A stretch of DNA of 64,000 nucleotides from Planctomycetota bacterium (GTDB taxonomy: Bacteria; Planctomycetota; B15-G4), in contig JBBQUR010000020.1 of NCBI GenBank assembly GCA_038212275.1, positions 1 to 64,000 of the forward strand, given 5' to 3'. Numbering within the stretch: the first letter of the stretch is position 1; every line of letters begins with the position of its first letter. Position numbers and translations under genes: made by a program. Shown in pieces: positions 57,021-64,000 of the stretch. The notes beneath the pieces are model-generated. The model saw only the letters and a program-made list of their open reading frames with translations. It was not told where the DNA came from and made no database searches.

Positions 57021-60000
57021 AGGCCGCCAGAAGCTCCTCGAATTCCGGCAGCTCCCGCAGCGAGGCCAGGTCGTCCGAGGTGGCGAGGTTCGTCCGGTCG
57101 TCGTAGCCCGCGGCGATCGCCTGGCGCAGAAGGTCGAGCGCTCGCGCACGGATGACATCGGCCAGCCCCGCGGCCTGTTCCGGCCCCACGGCACCCGCGG
57201 CGGAAGCATCGCCCGCGGCGGATGCGCCGGGTGAGGGGCCCGCAGCGGTGGCCGTCAGCGCGGCGGCCGTCAGCGCGGCGGCCGTCAGCGCGGCGGCCAG
57301 CTCGGCGTAGAGGCCCGCCCCCAGGCGCACCTGCAGCGCGGTGCCCGGCGGGTCGGCGAGATAGTCGTCGGCGGCGGCGCGCGCGGCGTCCCAGTCCTGC
57401 AGTTCGCGGCACATCGCGGAGAGCCGGCGATGCTGCCCGCGCAGCGTGGTCCTCCAGGTCGTGTTCGTCGGCGCGCGCTCCGCCGCGAGGCGCTGTTCCT
57501 GCGCGGCGCGCTCGAGAATCGGCCGCGCCTCGGCCAGCGCCCCCTGCTGCGAAAGCAGCTCCGAACGGTTGGTGAGCATGAGCGCGAAACGCGCGCGCAT
57601 GTCGGGCGAATCGGGCGCCGCGTCCAGCACGCGCTCCTGCGCGGAGATTGCTTCGGCCAGCAGCGCACCGGCTTCCTCGAAGCGTTGCTGCTGCAGGCAC
57701 GCCACGCCCAGCCCGTTGGCGGACATCGCGAGGAGCGTCAGGTTGTCCATCGAGTCGGGGAATTGCTCGACCAGCTCGCGCTGACCCTGCAGCGCCTGCC
57801 GGTAGCGGACCTCCGCCTCGTCGACGCGTCCGAGTTCGCGCAGCAGCAGCCCGAGGTTCTGACGCAGGCTGGCCAGTTCCTGGCGGCAGACCCGGTCGGT
57901 CGGGAGGATCTCCAGCGCCGCCAGATAGTGCTGCTCGGACGCGTTGTAGAAGGCCTCGGCCTCGGGCGTGCGATCGAGCGAGCGCATCAGCCCGCCCAGA
58001 TTGTTCTGCAGGTAGGCCACGCGGCGCTCGTTTTCCGGATCGCCGGGCTGCTCGTCCGCAATCCGCAGGAGCAGCTCCAGCGCTTCGCGCAGCGGCACCT
58101 CGGCTTCCTGCAGCTGGCCCGCGCGCAGCAGTCTCACGCCCACGGAGTTGGTCAGGCTCGCGATGCTGCTGGCCGTGTGGAGGTCTCCGGGTGCGATCTC
58201 CTCGCGGCGCCGGAACAGCTCGCGCGCGCGCGCGTCGGCCTCGTCGGAGGCCGGATAGTCGCCCGCGGTCTGCTCCGCCAGCCCGATGTCCATCCACACG
58301 TCCCCGAGGTCCGTGAGAAGCTCGGGCGTGTCCGGATGCGAGGCGTTCAGCTCCTCGAACAGCGCGCGCGCCTCCTCGAAGGCCGAGCGCGCGATCTCCA
58401 CGTCCTGCGACACCATCGCCAGCTCGCCGATGCGTCGCGCGGTCCGTCCCGCCGCCTGGCGCAGCTCGGGCACGTCCCGGTGGCTGCTCAGCAGCTCGCG
58501 GTAGAAGCCGAGCGCGTCCTGCAGCAGTTGCCGGCGCACGGGTCCGACCTGCGGCACGTTGGCCAGCGACTTGTCGCCGACACGCGCGAGCATCGTGTCG
58601 ACGGCCCCCATCGCGCGCTGCAGGTCCATGCGCGCCGCATCGCGCTGTGCAGCCGCCTCCTCGCCTTGCAGGCGCGCCTGCTCTCCCTGAAAGGTCGCCT
58701 CGTCCAGCGCGGCCCGGATCGCGATGTTGGCGCGCCGCTCCCACAGGCCCCAGGCCAGCGGTCCGCCCACCACGAGCAGGACGCTCATGACCAGCGCGGT
58801 GCTGGCCGCCGGATGGCGCTGCACGAAGCGGCGCGCGCGCAGCAGCATGCCGGGGCGCCGCGCCTCGACGGGCCGGCGCTGGAGCACGTTGTCCAGGTCG
58901 CGCGCGAATTCGCCGGGGCCTGCGTAGCGGCGCGCGCAGTCGGCCTCCATCGCCACGAGGCACACCGTTTCGGCGTCCCGCGGCACGGCGGGATTGCGCA
59001 CGCGCAGCGGCGCCGCCGCACCCGCAAGGATCGCTGCGCGCAGGCGCTGCTCGTCCTCCGCCGCAAAAGGCGTGGACAGAGCGAGCAGCTCGTACAGCGT
59101 CACGCCCAGCGAGTAGACGTCGCTGCGCGCATCGAGGCTCGTCACCTCGCCACGCACCTGCTCCGGCGACATGTAGGCCAGCGAGCCGAGCTGGCTGCCG
59201 CTGCGCGTGATGCGGCTGCTGCCCTCGGCGGCGGCCAGGCCGAAATCGAAGAGCAGCACGCGGCCGTCGGGCGTGAGCATCAGATTGCTGGGCTTCACGT
59301 CGCGGTGCAGCACGCCGCGATCGTGCGCATGCTGCAGCGCCTGGGCCGCCTGCCCCACCAGTCGCAGGCAGGCCTCGACCCAGCTGCCCGCAAAGCTGCG
59401 CGCGCCAGTATCGCTGCCGCTGCCGCGGCTGCCGCGCGAGTCACGCCCATCGCGCGCACCTTGCGCCGCCGGCTCCGGAGCCGGCGCCCCCTCGCGCCGC
59501 GCGACGACGGCCACGACCGCGCGCTGCAGGTCGCGTCCCGTCAACGCGGCGGGATCGCGGCTGTGCAACTCCGCAAGCACCTCGGCAAGCGTCGCGCCGC
59601 GCACCCATTCCATCGCGAAATAGGGCACGCCGGACTCTTCACCGACGGTGTAGATCGGCACGATGCCCGGATGCGCGAGGCGCGCGACGGACTCGGCCTC
59701 GCGGCGGAAGCGCTCGCGCGCTCCGGGGAAAAACAAGTGCTCGGGTCGCACGAGCTTGAGCGCCACGCGACGCTGCAGCGAGGTCTGCTCGGCGAGGTAG
59801 ACCACGCCCATGCCGCCGCCGCCGAGCCGCTGCAGCAGGCGGAACTCGCCGAGGCGTTCGGGGATGGCTTCGGGCGCGGCGCCGTTGGCGTCGCCACCGA
59901 GTTCGAGCAGGCCCGCGGCGTGAAGCATCTGCAGGCGTTCGCGGATCGCAGGCGCGAGGTCCGGTCGCCGCGCGCAGACGTCCTCGAAAACCGCCGAGCC

Positions 60001-60084
60001 CTCCTCCTCGACGCGCTGCAGGCATTCCTCGACGAGTGCCCGGATCTCGAGCGCGCGCTGGCTCTGTCCGTCGCCCTGGGTCAT
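57007..60084 (-). CDS. Ser/Thr protein kinase with TM segment and C-terminal TPR repeats
   Basis: LGGGGMGVVY, VALK, HRDVKPSN, DFG, GSLAYMSPEQ, DVYSLG; TM ASTALVMSVLLVVGGPLAWGLW; TPRs. Confidence 0.94.
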   Translation of the reverse strand: MTQGDGQSQRALEIRALVEECLQRVEEEGSAVFEDVCARRPDLAPAIRERLQMLHAAGLLELGGDANGAAPEAIPERLGEFRLLQRLGGGGMGVVYLAEQTSLQRRVALKLVRPEHLFFPGARERFRREAESVARLAHPGIVPIYTVGEESGVPYFAMEWVRGATLAEVLAELHSRDPAALTGRDLQRAVVAVVARREGAPAPEPAAQGARDGRDSRGSRGSGSDTGARSFAGSWVEACLRLVGQAAQALQHAHDRGVLHRDVKPSNLMLTPDGRVLLFDFGLAAAEGSSRITRSGSQLGSLAYMSPEQVRGEVTSLDARSDVYSLGVTLYELLALSTPFAAEDEQRLRAAILAGAAAPLRVRNPAVPRDAETVCLVAMEADCARRYAGPGEFARDLDNVLQRRPVEARRPGMLLRARRFVQRHPAASTALVMSVLLVVGGPLAWGLWERRANIAIRAALDEATFQGEQARLQGEEAAAQRDAARMDLQRAMGAVDTMLARVGDKSLANVPQVGPVRRQLLQDALGFYRELLSSHRDVPELRQAAGRTARRIGELAMVSQDVEIARSAFEEARALFEELNASHPDTPELLTDLGDVWMDIGLAEQTAGDYPASDEADARARELFRRREEIAPGDLHTASSIASLTNSVGVRLLRAGQLQEAEVPLREALELLLRIADEQPGDPENERRVAYLQNNLGGLMRSLDRTPEAEAFYNASEQHYLAALEILPTDRVCRQELASLRQNLGLLLRELGRVDEAEVRYRQALQGQRELVEQFPDSMDNLTLLAMSANGLGVACLQQQRFEEAGALLAEAISAQERVLDAAPDSPDMRARFALMLTNRSELLSQQGALAEARPILERAAQEQRLAAERAPTNTTWRTTLRGQHRRLSAMCRELQDWDAARAAADDYLADPPGTALQVRLGAGLYAELAAALTAAALTAAALTATAAGPSPGASAAGDASAAGAVGPEQAAGLADVIRARALDLLRQAIAAGYDDRTNLATSDDLASLRELPEFEELLAACAPG

Positions 60085-60262
60085 CGCGCTCCGGTCTGCC
60101 TCAGAGGCCCCTGCGCAACCCGCCTGGCCGCCACGGCCGCGCAGTCTATCCGGCCGCCGACCGGCCCGTGCACGCGGCGCTCCGTCGCGTGGCGTACGGC
60201 GGCCCTCACGGCTTCCGGAAGCATCGAGTCCCGACACGTCGACGGCGGGTTAGGATTCCGCC

Positions 60263-60889
60263 GTGAGCGATGACAGCCGCATCCTCGTCGAGCAGGCGGC
60301 GCGCGGTGATGGCGCGGCGATCGAGCAGTTGCTGCAGCGGCACATGCCCGGACTGCGCGCCTATGTGCGCCTGCGCTCCGGCGCCATGCTGCGCGCGAAG
60401 GAATCCTCCAGCGATCTCGTGCAGTCCGTCTGCCGCGACGTCCTGCAGAACATCGACACCTTCCGCTTCCCCGGCGAGGCGGCGTTCCGCGGCTGGCTGT
60501 ACACGACGGCCATGCGCAAGATCGCCGATCGCGCGGAGTACTGGAGCGCCGGCAAGCGCGACGCGGCGCGCGAGGCGCTGCCCGTCAGCCAGCGGCTGGG
60601 AGCCGGCAGCCTGTCGGCACCGAGCGCCGCGGACGACGAGCTGCTTTTCGACTGCTATCGCAGCGTCTGCAGCCCGAGCGGCGAGGCCGCCGGGCGCGAG
60701 GCGCTGGAGCACATGGAGCGCGCCTTCGAGAAGCTGCCCGACGACCATCGCGAGGTCATCGTGCTCTCGCGACTCGTGGGCCTGACGCGCGTGGAGATCG
60801 CCGAGCGCATGGGCCGCACCGAGGCGTCCATCCGCAACCTGCTGCCGCGCGCGCTGGCCGAGCTGGCCGACCACCTCGCAGGAAGCTGA
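60263..60889 (+). CDS. ECF sigma-70 factor, kinase-associated type
   Basis: LVEQAARGD..AIEQLL, LRAKESSSDLVQSV, FRGWLY...KIADR, LPDDHREVIVL...GL...EIAERMGRT. Confidence 0.93.
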   Translation: MSDDSRILVEQAARGDGAAIEQLLQRHMPGLRAYVRLRSGAMLRAKESSSDLVQSVCRDVLQNIDTFRFPGEAAFRGWLYTTAMRKIADRAEYWSAGKRDAAREALPVSQRLGAGSLSAPSAADDELLFDCYRSVCSPSGEAAGREALEHMERAFEKLPDDHREVIVLSRLVGLTRVEIAERMGRTEASIRNLLPRALAELADHLAGS

Positions 60890-60895
60890 GCCGCG

Positions 60896-62494
60896 TCAGC
60901 GCGCGGCGCGACGCGTCCCCAGCTCGAGCAGGCCCGGCACGAACAGGTCCATGAGCAGCACGCGCACGGGCTTGTAGAAATGGCAGTTGTCCATCAGCAG
61001 CTCGTAGGTCATCAGGCCGCCGGGACACGACGCGCGCACGAGGTTCTCGGCGTCCACGAACATCGCGTCCGGGTGCTGCTCGGCGAGATCGCGCACGATC
61101 CCGTTGGTGACGTCGTTGCCGCGCGTGGGTGCATGGTCGTAGCGCGCCGCGTCCCGCAGCAACTGGCACGCGCGCGCATCGTCGCCGCCCAGCAGCCAGG
61201 TGCACAGGCCCAGGTCGAAGAGCGTCACCGCGTCCGCTGGCGAGATCGCGAGCGCTTTTTCGAACGTCGCCATGGCGGCCGTCACGTCGGCGCGCTCTGA
61301 CTCCGACAGCGTGCGCGCCAGCACCGCGGCGACGGTGGGCAGCAGCTCGCGCACCTCGCCGTCCCAGAGCGCGGGTTCGGGCCAGTACGGGCCCTGCGCG
61401 AAGGGCGCAGGCAGCGCGCGCAGCTCCGGAGGCACGAAGCCCGTGTCTGGCAGCGAGCGGCGGCGCTCGCGTTCCTCGGCAGTGACCGTATCGCCCCAGT
61501 CGCGCGGGTCGACGCGGAGGGGCGTGCTGGTCTTGCCCACCTGCGCGAGGCCCGATCGCAGGCGCAGCGGGATGCTGTTCACGCCCTCGGCCTGCAGTTT
61601 GCGCAGGCGCGCGACCGTCGCCGCCGAAAGCTCCGGCGGATCGGTCACCACCATCGGCGGGACGAGCATGTTGCCGACGACCGTGGACATCATCACCTGC
61701 GCCCCGTGCCGCTGGGCCGTGGAGATCATGCGCTCCAGGTTGTGACGGTATTCCTCGTAGAACTGCAGCGTCTTGTCGTAGCTGAGTCCGCGGAAGTCGG
61801 CGCCGCGCTCCACGCGGCGTTCGGGCGGCGGACCGGTGGTCGCCGCCGCGTCGGGCCGGTGTTCCAGCGCCGACACGAGGACATTGAGCGTGCGCAGCCG
61901 CGAGAGCCTGTCCACGAGGCGCACGATCCATGGCTGCTGCCACTCCGCGACCAGCTCCATCGCGAAGCCGCGCTCCACGAATTCGTTGTGCCCCGAGTAG
62001 AGGAACACGATGTCGGGCTGCAGCACCATGGCCTGATCGAGCAGGATGGCCACGCGTTCGCTGCCATAACCCTGCCGTCCCAGGTTGATGACCTCGAAGC
62101 CCGGGTCGGGCGCGCGGCTGCACAGCGCAGCCTGCAGGTCGTCGGCGGGAAAGCCCTGCGTGTTCGAGCCGCCGAAGAGCAGCACGCGCAGCCGGCCGTC
62201 CTTGGGCGGGATGTGAACCTCGGGCACCACGCCCTCGTACATCTGCGTGACCCAGCCACCCGGCACGGCGGGGTCCGCGACGAGATAGCGCGCGCGCTCG
62301 TCGAAGCCGCGGGTGAGCGAGAGGCGCTCGCGCGGATCGCCGAGCCCCAGCGCCCGGAGGAGCAACTCGGACAGCAGCAGCAGCAGCGCCAGCGGGATCA
62401 ACCCGAACAGCACGCCCTTCAGCGCACGGCTGCCGCGGCCGGCGCCCGCCTCGCGATCGCCCGACCGCGGGCTTCCTGTCGAGGTGTCACCCAT
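60896..62494 (-). CDS. Membrane-anchored SGNH/GDSL-like hydrolase, paralog of 20012-21646
   Basis: LLFGGSNT, VINLGRQGYGSER, YSGHNEFVERGFAMEL, PTRGND, LMDNCH. Confidence 0.78.
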   Translation of the reverse strand: MGDTSTGSPRSGDREAGAGRGSRALKGVLFGLIPLALLLLLSELLLRALGLGDPRERLSLTRGFDERARYLVADPAVPGGWVTQMYEGVVPEVHIPPKDGRLRVLLFGGSNTQGFPADDLQAALCSRAPDPGFEVINLGRQGYGSERVAILLDQAMVLQPDIVFLYSGHNEFVERGFAMELVAEWQQPWIVRLVDRLSRLRTLNVLVSALEHRPDAAATTGPPPERRVERGADFRGLSYDKTLQFYEEYRHNLERMISTAQRHGAQVMMSTVVGNMLVPPMVVTDPPELSAATVARLRKLQAEGVNSIPLRLRSGLAQVGKTSTPLRVDPRDWGDTVTAEERERRRSLPDTGFVPPELRALPAPFAQGPYWPEPALWDGEVRELLPTVAAVLARTLSESERADVTAAMATFEKALAISPADAVTLFDLGLCTWLLGGDDARACQLLRDAARYDHAPTRGNDVTNGIVRDLAEQHPDAMFVDAENLVRASCPGGLMTYELLMDNCHFYKPVRVLLMDLFVPGLLELGTRRAAR

Positions 62495-62684
62495 CGCCGC
62501 AGGATGAAGGCGGCAGCGCGCTCTGGCAAGTCCGGCCTCTGCGGAGGAGTTCGTGCCTTCCTCCGCGCGGGTGGGAGAACTTCCGGGCAGCCCCCCGGAA
62601 AGCATGACGCGACGTTCACGGCCCCGCGGCAGGGCGACTTCTATCCTCCGGGCGTCCTCCAAGACTCCTCTCCGGATCAATCCC

Positions 62685-63704
62685 ATGAACACGATGGTCA
62701 TGTCCCTGGACACGTTCAACCGAGGCCGCTTGCGCACCGCCGCGTGCGCGTTGCTGCTGCTCGCCGCCTTCGGGCCGCGCGTCCACGCCCAGGTGGTCTT
62801 CGCCAAGGCGCCGAGCCCGGCCGGCGGCGTGAATGCCTCCTCGTGGGTGCCTCCGGACGGCAGCGACTCCGACATGTACTCGTGGGACGACTTCACGCTG
62901 GCCACGACGCAGACCATCACGGAGGTGCGCTGGCGCGGCGGCTACGCGCTCGGCGCGACCTACGGCAAGGCCACGGACTTCCGCGTGTCCTTCTTCGCGT
63001 CCAACGTGACCGGCTTCGAGCCGAAGATCGTCGCCATCCCCGAGAACGAATCCCAGGAGCAGGCGCTGATCAACGTCCACACGAACAACAATGCGGGCGA
63101 GAGCTTCGCGGGCGTCTTCGGCGGCGTGGCGATGTACGACTACCACTTCACGCTGCCCGTCCCGTTCGTCGCGCAGGCCGGCGTGAAGTACTGGTTCCGC
63201 GTCGTGTGCGGGCAGCCCGTCTACCCGGACTGGGGCATGGCCACGAGCGATCCCGCGGGCAGCCACTTCCGCTACAGCACCGGCAGCACCATGTTCCACA
63301 ACTACTCGCACGACCTGGCGTTCTCGCTGCATGCGCGCTGGGCCGACCTCGGGGGCGCCATCGCCGGCACGTCCGGCGTGCCGGCACTTGGCGGCGCCGG
63401 AAGCCTGACGAGCGGCTCGGCCGACACGCTCACGTTGACCTCGGCGAGGCCCTCGTCCGCCGTGACGCTGCTCTTCGGCGTGTCGAAACTCGGCGCGCCC
63501 TTCAAGGGCGGCACGCTGGTGCCTGATCCGTTCCTGCTGCTCGCCTTGACCAGCGACGCGCAAGGCCACGTGTCGCTGCCCTTCACGCTGCCGGCGGGCC
63601 TGCCCCCCGGAACGTCGCTCTACTTCCAGGCCTGGCTGCCCGACCCGGCCGCGGTGAAGGGGCTTGCCGCGAGCAATGGCCTCGCCGGCACGACGCCCGG
63701 ATGA
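62685..63704 (+). CDS. Secreted beta-sandwich protein with shared CTD
   Basis: Signal ending VHA-Q; DDFTL....TITEVRWRGGY...L..PF...AG..YW...; CTD at 63339-63704. Confidence 0.8.
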   Translation: MNTMVMSLDTFNRGRLRTAACALLLLAAFGPRVHAQVVFAKAPSPAGGVNASSWVPPDGSDSDMYSWDDFTLATTQTITEVRWRGGYALGATYGKATDFRVSFFASNVTGFEPKIVAIPENESQEQALINVHTNNNAGESFAGVFGGVAMYDYHFTLPVPFVAQAGVKYWFRVVCGQPVYPDWGMATSDPAGSHFRYSTGSTMFHNYSHDLAFSLHARWADLGGAIAGTSGVPALGGAGSLTSGSADTLTLTSARPSSAVTLLFGVSKLGAPFKGGTLVPDPFLLLALTSDAQGHVSLPFTLPAGLPPGTSLYFQAWLPDPAAVKGLAASNGLAGTTPG

Positions 63705-63707
63705 CAG

Positions 63708-63782
63708 CCGTCGCGGCCATCCGTCGCGGCCATCCGTCGCGGCCATCCGTCGCGGTCACCGTCGCGGCCATCCGTCGCGGTA
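63708..63782. repeat. 13-bp tandem repeat ccgtcgcggccat x~6
   Basis: Four perfect and two degenerate copies just after the stop codon. Confidence 0.9.
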
Positions 63783-63836
63783 GCTGACTTCGACGGACCC
63801 GGTGCGGCAGCCTCGCGCTCCGCGCCGGGTCTGCTG

Positions 63837-64000
63837 CTACCTGGCGAGGCGCGGCGCGCGCAGGCCCGTGACGATGTCCGCCTCGAGCGGCGCGTAGTGC
63901 TCGATGAGGTCGGCGGCGTGCACGCGCAGCTGCCAGTCGTCGTCGAAGGCGACGGGCGGCTGCATCGCCGCGGCCACCGCGGCTGCCGACGGCGGCGCGA
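63837..64000 (-). CDS. 3' end of a CDS truncated by the window edge
   Basis: Open frame ...PPVAFDDDWQLRVHAADLIEHYAPLEADIVTGLRAPRLAR* with coding-like codon usage. Confidence 0.55.
   Translation of the reverse strand, partial: APPSAAAVAAAMQPPVAFDDDWQLRVHAADLIEHYAPLEADIVTGLRAPRLAR

Noticed and set aside
63708..63782. Possible CRISPR array (also 29866-29920 and 31211-31250)
   Set aside because: Units are 8-13 bp with no spacers and there are no cas genes.

Overview
Very GC-rich bacterial chromosomal DNA with about 45 CDS and no recognisable rRNA, tRNA, CRISPR array, integrase or transposase. By inference it is from a Planctomycetota-like diderm, given the ECF sigma/Ser-Thr kinase pairs, many FG-GAP proteins and TonB system. 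Recognisable content: a DUF47-pit phosphate uptake operon, two ECF-sigma/STK-TPR/FG-GAP modules, a hybrid histidine kinase, an HtrA-like protease, nagB, an RlmM-like methylase, two SGNH-like paralogs, a POT transporter, nudF, sodC, cyanophycin genes (cphA, an ATP-grasp-less cphA paralog, and a displaced cphB), a nucleotidyltransferase two-gene module, and a complete TonB-dependent uptake cluster. The main unexplained signal is a ~120-aa C-terminal domain shared by six signal-peptide-bearing proteins with four unrelated passenger types (approximate consensus W/C.xDLG..G...L...G.L...L.L..A...PFKGG.L.P...T[DN]..G...[YF/L]Q....DP....G...SN). It looks like a lineage-specific secretion or surface-anchoring tag analogous to the T9SS CTD or PEP-CTERM. 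Other signals: a shared 11-bp-period Pho-box-like motif upstream of the pit operon and the TonB cluster, a TatA-like/J-domain fusion, a duplicated 41-bp candidate ECF promoter, and a structured, possibly pseudoknotted intergenic RNA candidate. All family assignments are from motif recognition by eye; no database searches were run.
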